From Spirochaetota bacterium (GTDB taxonomy: Bacteria; Spirochaetota; UBA4802; UBA5550), in contig CAXXHB010000003.1 of assembly GCA_963664815.2 (NCBI GenBank), positions 832,001 through 896,000 on the forward strand: a stretch of 64,000 bases of DNA, written 5' to 3'. The position numbers and the translations under genes are program-made. Within the stretch, counting starts at the first letter, position 1; every line of letters begins with the position of its first letter. Shown here piece by piece: positions 38,811 to 49,189 of this stretch. The notes under the pieces are model-generated. The model did not search any database. It was not told the origin of the DNA and was given only the letters and a program-made list of their open reading frames with translations.

Positions 38811-38813
38811 ATT

Positions 38814-39296
38814 ATGGCCATATCTGTTGAATGTAATGCCGATGAAAAGCTGGTAAAACTGCTTCTTTCAGAAGAAGTTGAAACCCTGCATCAGAATGGC
38901 AGGGGAAATATTCTGAATCATCTAAGAAAGAAATCTACCATGTCTGGTATAGGGTTAATTGATGAAGATCCCGGCAGCGCGCATACCAGGGATTTTGTCA
39001 GTTCTTATGTAGAAGTTGAAAGCGTTGGTAATGTTAAAAGGTTTTCCCGTAAAGACAATAATAATATTACCATAGTAATGCTTTCTCCACGACTTGAAGA
39101 GTGGATTATATCCCGTGCTTCAGATTCCGGGATTAAAATGTCCGATTATTCATTGCCTGATGACGGTATTAAGCTCCATGACAGATATCATTATGAAAAA
39201 GAAGATAATTTCACTTCCCTGATAAACAAACTCATCGAACTGAAAGATAAAGAAATCCTAACTGTAAAAAAATGGCTCTCTGGAGACAATCCATGA
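38814..39296 (+). CDS. Small TOPRIM-like protein, partner of the ATPase
   Basis: SVECNAD (conserved E), GLIDED (DxD), PRLEEWII; starts 3 bp after the ATPase stop. Confidence 0.6.
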   Translation: MAISVECNADEKLVKLLLSEEVETLHQNGRGNILNHLRKKSTMSGIGLIDEDPGSAHTRDFVSSYVEVESVGNVKRFSRKDNNNITIVMLSPRLEEWIISRASDSGIKMSDYSLPDDGIKLHDRYHYEKEDNFTSLINKLIELKDKEILTVKKWLSGDNP

Positions 39297-39768
39297 ACCT
39301 CTTCACCGAAGCCACACTCGAACAGGCAGCCCTTTCATGGTTTGAATCCCTTGGGTATAGTATAATATTCGGTCCAGATATCGCCTGTGACGGTGATTCT
39401 CCTGAAAGGTCAAACTACGGTGAGGTTGTAATCGAAGGCCGTTTAAGGGACGCTCTATCCCGGATAAATAAAAAAGTTCCAGCCTCTGCAGTTGACGATG
39501 CGATACGAAAAATACTTATAACAGAAAGCCCGTCGTTAATAATTAATAACAGAAACTTTCAGAAAATGATAACTGACGGTATTGATGTTCAGTTCAACAG
39601 ACCCGATGGAAGTGTTAAGACGGATAAGGTTTATCTCTTCGACTTTTAAAATGCGGATAACAACGACTGGGCTACTGTAAACCAGCTCGTTTCAAAGTCA
39701 ATAATATCCGAAGAGGTCATTGACATTTTACGGAGCCATAAAAGCGAAGCCCCTTAAAAAAGCCGGAT
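39293..39768 (+). pseudogene. hsdR: Type I R-M restriction subunit HsdR remnant (nonsense codon plus large internal deletion)
   Basis: N-terminus MNLFTEATLEQAALSWFESLGY...; TAA at 39647; continues NADNNDWATVNQ then jumps to C-terminal-type LVSKSIISEEVIDI and (shifted) LKKPD; no DEAD helicase core. Confidence 0.85.
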
Positions 39769-39842
39769 CAGGGCTTCCTGAACGCTGCAGACGGCTGTCT
39801 GTAAGCAGCTTTATTGAATAATAAAAGTCGGGGGGAATTATT

Positions 39843-41963
39843 ATGCGTAACAGAAGGATTGTAGTCTATATGTTAATTATTGTTGTTGTTCTTATCGGTT
39901 TTAATGGGACAAAAGAAATAATTTTAGGGAATGAAGCCACAGATACAAAATTGACAGAATTACTTGGAAAGTATACAGAATTAACAAAGGAAAGAGATGC
40001 CATTGCCAAGCAATCAAATAACATTATCATCAGTGAAGCTATATCTGAAAATGATAAACATACGCCTATTTATAAAAAAACAATAGATAAATCAGATAAA
40101 AAATATTTATATAGATCTTTAGCTTCTATCGGTGATACAGATGCAATGATAAATGAACTGTTCGGCATAATGGCGGAAGTTGCTGTTGATAAAGCAAAGA
40201 GTAATACACTGAATATAGTTATAAAAAAGATTCAAAAAGCCTTTAATCAGAAAGAATTAGGTTCAAATTTCCCGGCGACAAAAAGAATCGTCGATTCTCT
40301 TACCGTATCCACCCTTTCATCTTCAAGTCAGTCACTTGTTAACGCACTGGTTATAGATTGTGGTTCTATAATGGAAAAATACATTTCAGTTAATAACACG
40401 TATGGAGCAGTTAGTTCCAGGGATATAGAATTGCTTTTTAAATTATTTTATTCAACCATAATGGATGGGAAGAATGACCCTGTAGATTTAATGAACAGCT
40501 TTGCAATGATTAAATGGAGCAATGATAAAATAAATATAATTCTAATTGCAGTAAGAACATTTGAAAAGATGCCTGATGTCTCACCAGAAGAGATGATTGG
40601 TTATATAGATGATATTATAGATAATTATAATTCTTATTGTATTAAAAATGGTAAAGTAACAGTTAGTACAAATATAATAAATAGATCTGAGTTGCTGATG
40701 ATACTTAGAAGCTATGATAAAGCTGTCAGGAATGGGGCAGTGTACACAAGTTCATCCGGGGAGAAATTAAGGTTAAAAGAGCTTTCTGATCTGTACTTTT
40801 CAATGCTGAGAATAATTATGAATGATGAAGATAAATGCAATATTTACATCAACACCATGGAGAGATTGATAAACGCAAGAATTCAAAATAACAATCAGGA
40901 GTTTGTCACGGCAATATTTGATATTATTGAACTGACACTTAAAGACAAAGGTTATTTTGGTTTTAAACAAAGCTTAAAACAGATAAATGATCAACTGGAT
41001 GACATTAATGAACGGATTTTGGGATGTAAAAGCGAAAATGATAAAAAAGCTGTTATCGAAGTACTTAAGAATTGCAAGGGAAATTTAAAGGACATTGAGG
41101 AGAATGCCGAATCAGCATATAAAGATTATAATAAAAGTGATCTGAATAATTATAAGGAGCTTTATGGTTCATATAGTAAAAAATATGAAAGCATACAAAA
41201 AAACATCAAAACATTAAAAGATAATATTATAATTCTTAAAGGTGTTCTTAATATAGACCATTGTTTGGACTCAGAAGAAAATATTAAAATTGGTTTATTG
41301 ATAGATTCGATCGATGGTAAAATTACGGAGTGGGATAATAAGTTAGAGAAATATATAGCTTTTTATAATTCAGAGATTGGTATGGTTATAAAGAGATTTA
41401 AAAGAATAAAACCTCTGGTCAACGCTGCAGTTGCCTATACGGCAACTTACTCAAGCGATCAAACAGATGAAAAGGATTTGAAAGAATCCAGAAAACAGAT
41501 TGTTGAAAATCTTATAACCGAGACAGCGAACAGGTACGAGAGATATGATGAATGGATATTCTCAATAGGTATTAATACAGGTTTTATGTTCCCCGGACAT
41601 ACAAAAGATGGCTGGAATTTTTATCCACCGCAGGTAAGTCTTCCTCTTGGTTTTTACTTGCAGTCTATGCCTGAAGAAAATTCAGGATTTTCGTTAGGTC
41701 ATATCGGTTTGTATTTTTTTGATCTTGGGCAATATGTTTTTTATGACAAGAACAGTGATGTTAAAGAGGCATCATGGAAAAATGCTTTTACGCTGGGAAT
41801 GCAATTGGGTTTTTTCATTTTCAGTTCACCCGATATGTTATTTAACGCAGGAATTGATGTCAGGTATTCACCTGCTCTTCATACTGAGGGGGAAAAGAGA
41901 CGGGATGATATCTGGGCTGGCGTCTATTGTTCTTACTATGTGCCGTTTTTTGATTTTAATTAA
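39843..41963 (+). CDS. Large exported hypothetical protein; helical/coiled-coil body with beta-rich C-terminus
   Basis: 706-aa ORF, N-terminal signal/TM, aromatic beta-strand-like C-terminus ending YYVPFFDFN. Confidence 0.65.
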   Translation: MRNRRIVVYMLIIVVVLIGFNGTKEIILGNEATDTKLTELLGKYTELTKERDAIAKQSNNIIISEAISENDKHTPIYKKTIDKSDKKYLYRSLASIGDTDAMINELFGIMAEVAVDKAKSNTLNIVIKKIQKAFNQKELGSNFPATKRIVDSLTVSTLSSSSQSLVNALVIDCGSIMEKYISVNNTYGAVSSRDIELLFKLFYSTIMDGKNDPVDLMNSFAMIKWSNDKINIILIAVRTFEKMPDVSPEEMIGYIDDIIDNYNSYCIKNGKVTVSTNIINRSELLMILRSYDKAVRNGAVYTSSSGEKLRLKELSDLYFSMLRIIMNDEDKCNIYINTMERLINARIQNNNQEFVTAIFDIIELTLKDKGYFGFKQSLKQINDQLDDINERILGCKSENDKKAVIEVLKNCKGNLKDIEENAESAYKDYNKSDLNNYKELYGSYSKKYESIQKNIKTLKDNIIILKGVLNIDHCLDSEENIKIGLLIDSIDGKITEWDNKLEKYIAFYNSEIGMVIKRFKRIKPLVNAAVAYTATYSSDQTDEKDLKESRKQIVENLITETANRYERYDEWIFSIGINTGFMFPGHTKDGWNFYPPQVSLPLGFYLQSMPEENSGFSLGHIGLYFFDLGQYVFYDKNSDVKEASWKNAFTLGMQLGFFIFSSPDMLFNAGIDVRYSPALHTEGEKRRDDIWAGVYCSYYVPFFDFN

Positions 41964-42055
41964 TTTGTAAGTTATTCTGCTGTTCCGGTATTCACGGGAT
42001 CAATGTTAAAAAAATTTTTAAAATGTGTAAAACTAAATCAGCTCTCTGCTTCATT

Positions 42056-42245
42056 TGAGCCTGCCGAATTACATGAACAGCACCATTCGACTCCGCGGTT
42101 GGTGAGCCTGTCGAACTACAGGGAGCGTGGTGTACATAAATTTTAGATAGTTCACTCAAGCACCGCTCGTTGAGCGGAGTCGAAACGGGAAAGCTCTTTC
42201 GTGCACCGCTCGTTGAGCGGAGTCGAAACGAGCATGTTCACTCAA
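42056..42245. repeat. REP-like cluster (same family as the hsdM/hsdS insertions)
   Basis: TTCGACTCCGCGGTTGGTGAGCCTGTCGAAC at 42086; GCACCGCTCGTTGAGCGGAGTCGAAACG at 42160 and 42203. Confidence 0.8.
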
Positions 42246-42530
42246 ACACTTCATTCCTGTAGCATAAATCACCACATGTATGTAGCAACAGACACCATTA
42301 AAAATTGCCCGTGTGGTAATTTTTAGACTTGCCTTTATTTTAATTTAGATACTTATTCTATAATAGCGAAGTTTTATTTTAAACAGAGAATCCCCGTTAT
42401 CGGTTATATGTAGTTACGCTGATTATCGGGAGTTGGCCGGTTTTTTCTTATAATCTGCTGTATGCACCGGGGAGATGTATTCTTCTGTTTAAACTGAATT
42501 CACTAAAAATAAAAAAATGAGGTAAAAAAT

Positions 42531-43310
42531 ATGGATTTTAAAAGTCTGCTTTTTGAAAAAGAGAACGGTATAGCCATTATAACCCTTAACCGTCCGAAAG
42601 CCTTCAACGCGATAAATGATGAACTGATAAGGGAACTTGCAGTGGCTGTAGACCAGATCGCCTCTGATGATTCAGTAGGCGCTGTTATCATTACCGGCGG
42701 CAGCAAGGTGTTTGCTGCGGGGGGAGATATAACATATATGCAGACAGCCGATCCTCTTAAAGCAGAGGCGTTTATTGCCGAATGTCATGCAACAATGGAT
42801 AAAATAGAAAACCTGGACAAGCCGGTAATCGCTGCAATTGCAGGTATGGCTCTTGGCGGCGGATGTGAGCTTGCACTGTCATGTGATATACGTATAGCGG
42901 CAGAGGATGCAGCATTCGGTCAGCCGGAGATCAATCTTGGAATTATGCCCGGCGCAGGGGGGACGCAGCGTCTTGCCAAGACTGTCGGTGTAGGCTGGGC
43001 AAAACAGCTTATCTACACGGGGGATAACCTGAAAGCGGCCGATGCGTTCCGTATAGGCCTTGTAACAAAGGTTGTGCCGGGAGAGACATTGATGGATGAG
43101 GCTAAAAAGCTTGCCGGCAAACTTGCGTCCAAAGGGGCCATAGCAATGAGAATGTCTAAAAAATGCATCAACTACGGAATGAATGTAGACCTCAGATCCG
43201 GCCTGATATTTGAACAGAAAATCTGGGCGTTTCTTTTTGCTACTGAAGATCAGAAAGAGGGGATGAAGGCCTTTATAGAAAAACGTAAACCGCAGTTTAA
43301 AAACAGGTAA
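42531..43310 (+). CDS. Enoyl-CoA hydratase / crotonase
   Basis: LNRPKAFNA, FAAGGDI, ALGGGCELALSCD, FGQPEINLGIMPGAGGTQRL. Confidence 0.93.
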   Translation: MDFKSLLFEKENGIAIITLNRPKAFNAINDELIRELAVAVDQIASDDSVGAVIITGGSKVFAAGGDITYMQTADPLKAEAFIAECHATMDKIENLDKPVIAAIAGMALGGGCELALSCDIRIAAEDAAFGQPEINLGIMPGAGGTQRLAKTVGVGWAKQLIYTGDNLKAADAFRIGLVTKVVPGETLMDEAKKLAGKLASKGAIAMRMSKKCINYGMNVDLRSGLIFEQKIWAFLFATEDQKEGMKAFIEKRKPQFKNR

Positions 43311-43658
43311 TAACCTCTGATAAATTGTTCTGATAACCCGGAGTATTGTTAATGATATTTCGGGTTATTAAAAACACTGTATTAAGCTCTTCAACCCGGT
43401 TTAAACCACACAAAAGTGTCAATCTTGCGACCTGTAGATTATTACAGGATATAATATTACTTCTGATATAAAATTTTAGATTATTTCAAATTATTTCATT
43501 GAAATATTCAAATTTCCCTGATTTAAATCAGGAAATTACATCAAAAATAACGTCAGACTCTATGTGCTCCTTTAGTGCCGGATTGCCCGATTAATATCTG
43601 TAATCGGGAGCTGTTTTATAAAAACATAAAGAATGTTTGCTGAAAAAAGGGGGATATT

Positions 43659-45230
43659 ATGAAAGAAAAATATACTGCCAGTGAAGCTTTGCAGATAAGA
43701 ACCACCTTCGCATATTTAATGGCACTGACAATGACATTAACAATCGCCACTGGTTTTTTGATTTACGCAAGAATGCCAATCAGGGAGCTTCTCCCATCAG
43801 TTTCAATATGTTTTGTATGTATTGTCCTGGCCTTCATTCAGTACAGGTTAAAGGTTAACAGGAGGGATTCGCTTGTTATCCCCTGGGTTATCTCTTCCAT
43901 TACTATTATTATACCATTTTTTGTTAAAATAAAATATGCCATGACTCATGGATGGACTTTTGCCCTTGAATCATACAATTCATCGATGATGATAGTTATA
44001 ATGATCCTTATTACCTGCCTCTTTTTAAGGGAGAAACTTTTCGTGACAATATCCCTGATCGCTATTATCTGTTGGAGTATACTGCTCTATATCGCGCTGA
44101 CCCATGGTGCCGAATATTCATGGAATGCTGTAGTCAACGGAAAGATATTTCATGGAATAATCCCCGGGAGGGAGATCTTTTTAATAATAGGAACGGGTAT
44201 TGTGGCTTATGTTGCCTTCAGGCTGATAAGGATAATAAACAAATTTGAAAAAACATCTTCGGGACAGAAGATTGAGATTGAAAAAAGAATCGAGCAGATG
44301 CACAATATGAATGTGGAGATCAGGGATAAGGTGAATCTTCTCTTCAGTGAAGTAGACTCACAGAACGGCCTTGTGATGAAGTTCAACGACAGAATGCAGA
44401 GTCAGGCTGCTACTTTTGAAGAGATATCTGCAACCCTTGAAGAGCTCAGAGGGTCGTCTGAGAGTATACACACCTCAACCATTGAGCAGATAAATGGTAA
44501 TGTTAAAATGGATGAAATCATAGTTGACTTCCGCCATATAAAGAGTGAGACAAAGGAGAACCTTAACCAGACATATGCGCAGATCCAGGGTATCGCCAGC
44601 AGAACTAATGAAGCCAATGCAAAAATCATCGATGTTGAAAATACCATGAATACCATAGCAAATCAGAGCAGTAAAATTTCGGAAACCGTAAACATTATAG
44701 TTGATATAGCAGACAAGATTAACCTTCTTTCGCTGAATGCAAGCATCGAGGCTGCACGTGCAGGCGATCAGGGGAAGGGATTTGCTGTTGTTGCCGATGA
44801 AATAGGGAAGCTGGCTTTCCTTACGACTGAGAGTATAAAGGATATTGAAAAGGTTCTCAGTTTTAATAACTCGGTTACCAAAAAAGGGGTTGATGTCATA
44901 AAGGTATCCTCTGCGACGATAAAGGAGATGATAAACTCCATAGCGGGTAGCAATCAGAATATCCAGATCCTCCAGGATAGCCTTCTGATAGAGGAGAAGT
45001 ATATCAACTCTATTTTAAAACAGATGGAGGAGAATATAAGGCTTGCGAGATTTATTGGTACGGGAACCGATGAACAGAAGAATGCGCTGGAAAATACCGG
45101 CAACGCCATTGAAGACCTTAACATGACTGTGGCGGAGATGGTAAGGGAGATAAATGAGCTGGCAGACTCCTCGAAAATTATTCTTGAAAGTGCAAGGTTT
45201 CTTCTGGGGAAGGCGGATGAAACTGTCTGA
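43659..45230 (+). CDS. Methyl-accepting chemotaxis protein with multi-TM input
   Basis: INLLSLNASIEAARAGDQGKGFAVVADEIGKLA signalling hairpin; several N-terminal TM helices. Confidence 0.92.
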   Translation: MKEKYTASEALQIRTTFAYLMALTMTLTIATGFLIYARMPIRELLPSVSICFVCIVLAFIQYRLKVNRRDSLVIPWVISSITIIIPFFVKIKYAMTHGWTFALESYNSSMMIVIMILITCLFLREKLFVTISLIAIICWSILLYIALTHGAEYSWNAVVNGKIFHGIIPGREIFLIIGTGIVAYVAFRLIRIINKFEKTSSGQKIEIEKRIEQMHNMNVEIRDKVNLLFSEVDSQNGLVMKFNDRMQSQAATFEEISATLEELRGSSESIHTSTIEQINGNVKMDEIIVDFRHIKSETKENLNQTYAQIQGIASRTNEANAKIIDVENTMNTIANQSSKISETVNIIVDIADKINLLSLNASIEAARAGDQGKGFAVVADEIGKLAFLTTESIKDIEKVLSFNNSVTKKGVDVIKVSSATIKEMINSIAGSNQNIQILQDSLLIEEKYINSILKQMEENIRLARFIGTGTDEQKNALENTGNAIEDLNMTVAEMVREINELADSSKIILESARFLLGKADETV

Positions 45231-45327
45231 AGGATTGCCCGCGGTTTTTTAAAACTATTCAGTAATTCACTAAAGATCTGCTCATCCTGAAGCGATTAAT
45301 ATGTAAGTTGTTCAGGATAAATCACCA

Positions 45328-46041
45328 ATGTTATGGAATAAAATAAAGTTTACAACAAGCAGATTAAGCTATAAACATATGTTGTTTCTTTTCCTGCTGC
45401 TGCCGTATATTACTGATTATCTGGAGGGTGGTCATTTCCCTGAAAAGGCTACTGAATGGATTACGGAAATTGTTATGACAATAGTTATCAGTTATACTAT
45501 TTTCATAATATATCGTCAGTATGCAAAGCTCGAAAAGCTTTCTCTGAGCGATCATCTCACCGGTATCGGAAACAGGCGTCTGTTCGAAATGGACCTTAAC
45601 CGTGAAATACTGAGAACTAAACGGAAAGGGAGCGGGCTTATTCTGTTATTTTTTGACCTTGATGGTTTTAAACAGATAAATGATATTTATGGTCATCAGC
45701 ATGGCGATCAGGTGCTTATTGATTTTGCCTGCGGGTTATCTGATTTTATCAGAAAAGGTTCAGATTCATGCTATAGATTCGGCGGTGATGAATTTGCACT
45801 TTTAATGACAGATATAAAGGGACAGGAATTAATAAACATTGAAAGAAAAATTGATAAACGTTTAACAAAAATAGTTTACAACAGATTACCAGATGGAGTT
45901 TCGGCATCAAGAGGTCTTGTTATACTGAAAGATAATGAAGATTTTAATGAATTTCTGAAGAGAGCGGATGAGGCGATGTACCGGGCTAAAAGTGAAAGAA
46001 AATCATTCAGAAATAAATCTGCAAAGAGAAAAGTTCATTAG
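45328..46041 (+). CDS. Membrane-anchored diguanylate cyclase
   Basis: DHLTGIGNRR, DLDGFKQIND.YGH..GD, RFGGDEF, ADEAMY.AK. Confidence 0.92.
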   Translation: MLWNKIKFTTSRLSYKHMLFLFLLLPYITDYLEGGHFPEKATEWITEIVMTIVISYTIFIIYRQYAKLEKLSLSDHLTGIGNRRLFEMDLNREILRTKRKGSGLILLFFDLDGFKQINDIYGHQHGDQVLIDFACGLSDFIRKGSDSCYRFGGDEFALLMTDIKGQELINIERKIDKRLTKIVYNRLPDGVSASRGLVILKDNEDFNEFLKRADEAMYRAKSERKSFRNKSAKRKVH

Positions 46042-46143
46042 CCATGTCCGGAAAAATATTGTTTACTTTAAATAATATTCAGTGGGGGTTACAATTTCTC
46101 CTGATTATCTGTATTTTAAATATAAAAAGCAAGGAGCATTAAT

Positions 46144-46839
46144 ATGAAAAAATATGGCGCAGAGTTTTTCGGCACATTCTGGCTTGTTCTCGGGGGTTGC
46201 GGCAGCGCGGTAATTGCAGCATCGTTCCCCTGTGTAGGGATAGGGCTTCTGGGGGTTTCCATTGCCTTTGGTCTTACGGTTCTTACAATGGCCTATGCAA
46301 TAGGTCATATATCGGGATGCCATCTTAATCCTGCGGTCTCAATAGGACTCTGGGCGGGCGGCCGTTTTGAAGCGAAGGAGTTATTGCCATACATTATTGC
46401 CCAGGTGGCCGGAGCAATCGCCGCAGGCGGCGTGTTGTATTTTATAGCAGGCGGGAGGCCGGGCTTCGATCTGGCTGCGGGGTTTGCTTCAAACGGTTAT
46501 GGTGCACATTCGCCGGGCGGGTACTCCCTTGCTGCTGCTCTTGTAACTGAGGTTGTGATGACAATGATGTTCCTTGTTATTATTCTCGGCGCAACAGACA
46601 AACGCGCGCCCCAGGGTTTTGCCCCTGTTGCAATCGGTCTGGGCCTTACTTTGATACATCTTATCAGTATACCCGTTACCAATACATCGGTAAACCCTGC
46701 CCGCAGTACAGGTGTAGCCATATTTGCCGGCGACTGGGCGCTGGCACAGCTCTGGCTCTTCTGGCTTGCGCCAATCATCGGCGCGTTGTTCGGGGCTCTT
46801 GTCTACAGATTCATTATAGGTTCAGACGACAGTAATTAA
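46144..46839 (+). CDS. aqpZ: Aquaporin Z
   Basis: [32 protein letters not shown]. Confidence 0.96.
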   Translation: MKKYGAEFFGTFWLVLGGCGSAVIAASFPCVGIGLLGVSIAFGLTVLTMAYAIGHISGCHLNPAVSIGLWAGGRFEAKELLPYIIAQVAGAIAAGGVLYFIAGGRPGFDLAAGFASNGYGAHSPGGYSLAAALVTEVVMTMMFLVIILGATDKRAPQGFAPVAIGLGLTLIHLISIPVTNTSVNPARSTGVAIFAGDWALAQLWLFWLAPIIGALFGALVYRFIIGSDDSN

Positions 46840-46847
46840 AACGGGAT

Positions 46848-47315
46848 CTACTCGGGCGGAGTGCCGAAATCGTATCTCCGCTTGATGTACTTCATTATAA
46901 CCGAGGTTTCAACCTGCTCGATACCGTCAATCTGGCTTATGCGGTTGTAGACAAGGGTATGCAGTTCTTCAAGGTTTTTCACTATAAACTCGGCGTTTAT
47001 GTTGTATCGTCCGGTGGTTGCAACTATATACCAGAGCTCCCTGAAGTTGCCCAGTTCCCTGATTACATTGTCCATCTTTTTCATATCAACGGAGATATTG
47101 AGGTCGCCGGTGATCTCGAATCCCAGTTTAAGCGGATTCGAGACCGCAACTATCTGGATAATCTCGTCTTCAGTAAGGCGCTTTATTCTTCCCCTCACTG
47201 TAGCCTCCGATACATCTAGCATCTTTGCAATATCGGTATTGCTTGTGCGTCCGTCTTTCTGAAGTATCGATATTATTCCCGAATCGAGTTCATCTATGTA
47301 ACGTTTTTCATTCAT
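46848..47315 (-). CDS. Lrp/AsnC family transcriptional regulator
   Basis: DELD..II..LQ.DGR....IA..L.VSEATV..RI.RL HTH plus RAM domain. Confidence 0.92.
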   Translation of the reverse strand: MNEKRYIDELDSGIISILQKDGRTSNTDIAKMLDVSEATVRGRIKRLTEDEIIQIVAVSNPLKLGFEITGDLNISVDMKKMDNVIRELGNFRELWYIVATTGRYNINAEFIVKNLEELHTLVYNRISQIDGIEQVETSVIMKYIKRRYDFGTPPE

Positions 47316-47324
47316 AATCTTTTT

Positions 47325-48149
47325 CTATTCGTATGAATGTTCCTTTGCCGGAAAGCTTCTCTCTTTTACCTCCCTGTCATATGCATCAAGGGCGTTCTTT
47401 GACTGTGTATAAAGGTCGGCATATTTCTTTACAAATTTGGGATGGAAGTCGGGATCAAGGCCGAGAAGATCGTTTATTACAAGGACCTGTCCGTCACAGC
47501 CGTTTCCTGCTCCTATTCCTATTGTCGGGATATCGAGTTTTTCAGATATCTCCTTTGCAAGAGGCGCCGGAACTTTTTCCAGTACAATTGAAAATGCGCC
47601 GGCCTCCTGGAGAATGATGGCGTCCTCGATAAGCCTCCTTCTCTTGTCCTCTTCACGCCCCTGGACAGAGTATCCTCCAAGCTTGTGTACAGACTGCGGC
47701 GTCAAACCGAGGTGCCCCATTACAGGGATTGACGCTGCTGTGAGGGCCTCAACTACGGCGCGGAACTCTCTCCCCCCCTCCAGTTTTACAGCGTTGACGT
47801 TTGTCTCCTTCATCATGCGTCCCGCGTTACGCAGGGAATCCTCAGTGGAGATATGGTAACTCATAAAGGGCATGTCAATAATTACAAACTTTGATGGCGC
47901 GCCGCGTTTAACAATTTCAGCGTGATATATCATCTGGTCAACGGTTACCGGTATGGTTGTCTCGTATCCGGCAACGGCATTTCCGAGTGAATCCCCTACA
48001 AGTATAACATCCATCCCGGTGCCGTCGATAATGCGGGCAAATGCATGTTCGTAACAGGTTACCATTGAAATGGGTATTCCTGACTCTTTTCGTTTTCTGA
48101 AATCATTGATTGTAAAAGCCTGTGTTTTAGTGTTAACCATGGTGCTCAT
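47325..48149 (-). CDS. panB: 3-methyl-2-oxobutanoate hydroxymethyltransferase
   Basis: ILVGDSLG, DMPFMSY, VKLEGG, GHLGLTPQS, IGIGAG..CDGQVLV; start placed at ATG 48149. Confidence 0.96.
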   Translation of the reverse strand: MSTMVNTKTQAFTINDFRKRKESGIPISMVTCYEHAFARIIDGTGMDVILVGDSLGNAVAGYETTIPVTVDQMIYHAEIVKRGAPSKFVIIDMPFMSYHISTEDSLRNAGRMMKETNVNAVKLEGGREFRAVVEALTAASIPVMGHLGLTPQSVHKLGGYSVQGREEDKRRRLIEDAIILQEAGAFSIVLEKVPAPLAKEISEKLDIPTIGIGAGNGCDGQVLVINDLLGLDPDFHPKFVKKYADLYTQSKNALDAYDREVKERSFPAKEHSYE

Positions 48150-48577
48150 GCTGAAAACCTCCACAAGAGTAGTTGTCAGTTTCAATAACCCGATTTTTAA
48201 AAGGTTCTGAGGCTGATTTTAACTATTTTAAAAATCTGATCCTGAAACAGTCATAATGTAATAAATATGCGATATATATAAAAAATGTCAATAAAATATA
48301 CGAATAAAACATAAAAAAATAAAAAATATTGCGAAATACAGGAGATATTGTTTAAAAGAGAAAAAACAATATAATTTTGCACTAAAATATATATTAAGGA
48401 ATCATTCCTTATGTTTTAAATTATATTACTGTATCAGCAGAGATTTTAAAATACCGAAATGTGGTTGAATTTTTTTATTAATATGTTAAAATTTAAATGG
48501 GGCTGGTATATGATTTTAGTCAGTCCTTCTTAAAAGTGTTAATATCTGACAGAAAAGTGATTCAAAGGAGATTTTTT

Positions 48578-49183
48578 ATGAAACGGGTTATTGCTTTTTC
48601 AGTTTTGATTTTATCAACATATATATTTTATGATAACAGTCAGGGGGGAGTTGCATTTTATACAATCCCTTCGCTTTCTGTCGCAGCTGAAAGGTTTGAT
48701 ACCCCTCCGTTGAACAGGTTTTTTTTCATAAAATCGGCACAGTCGGGGACTCAGAATGCGGGGTACTGGGATCAGCAGGGAACCCCCGTAAAATTCAGGG
48801 ATGGTGAAAATCTTGCTCTTAATGTGAAAGACAGCAAACCGGATCAGCAGTTCAGGTTCATAAACGCAGGTGCCGGTTTCTGCTATATAGAAACAAAAAT
48901 CGGTGGACTTGTTGATGTTTCAGGGAACAGGAGGGATAACGGCACCAGTGTCCAGATATGGAAAGGGCATGGAGGGAGCAACCAGCTGTTCAGGTTTAAA
49001 CATGTGGGGGAGGGTCGCTGGAAGATATATGCTGGTAACGGAACTGTGGTATCTGCGCCGCAGGATTACAGTAACGGTTCCTTTGTACATGTATGGGAGG
49101 ACAGGGAGGGGCCCTGGATGGAGTGGTATTTTGAAGACGCTGCAACAGGGAAGGTTTACAAGCCGCAGTCGAAGAATAAATGA
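48578..49183 (+). CDS. Exported ricin B (beta-trefoil) lectin domain protein
   Basis: DVSG...NGT.VQIW...G.NQ.F repeats; signal peptide; RBS before ATG 48578. Confidence 0.8.
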   Translation: MKRVIAFSVLILSTYIFYDNSQGGVAFYTIPSLSVAAERFDTPPLNRFFFIKSAQSGTQNAGYWDQQGTPVKFRDGENLALNVKDSKPDQQFRFINAGAGFCYIETKIGGLVDVSGNRRDNGTSVQIWKGHGGSNQLFRFKHVGEGRWKIYAGNGTVVSAPQDYSNGSFVHVWEDREGPWMEWYFEDAATGKVYKPQSKNK

Positions 49184-49189
49184 AGATTG

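Larger units (their letters stand above)
28185..42245. mobile_element. Defence island built on a degenerate type I R-M locus
   Basis: hsdM/hsdS/hsdR scaffold interleaved with very AT-rich cargo; GC-rich palindrome clusters at both edges; no integrase seen, boundaries approximate. Confidence 0.6.

Noticed and set aside
29644-39768. Functional type I R-M system
   Set aside because: HsdM lacks SAM-binding and catalytic motifs; HsdR has a stop codon and lacks the helicase core
42160-42230. 28-bp direct repeats as a mini-CRISPR
   Set aside because: Only two copies with a 15-bp gap; the sequence belongs to the REP-like family seen in hsdM and hsdS
28185-42245. Prophage or ICE
   Set aside because: No integrase, structural, replication or conjugation genes recognised
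43511-43612. Possible c-di-GMP riboswitch upstream of the MCP gene
   Set aside because: Palindromes are present, but the GGCAAA/GACGCAAA consensus was not found
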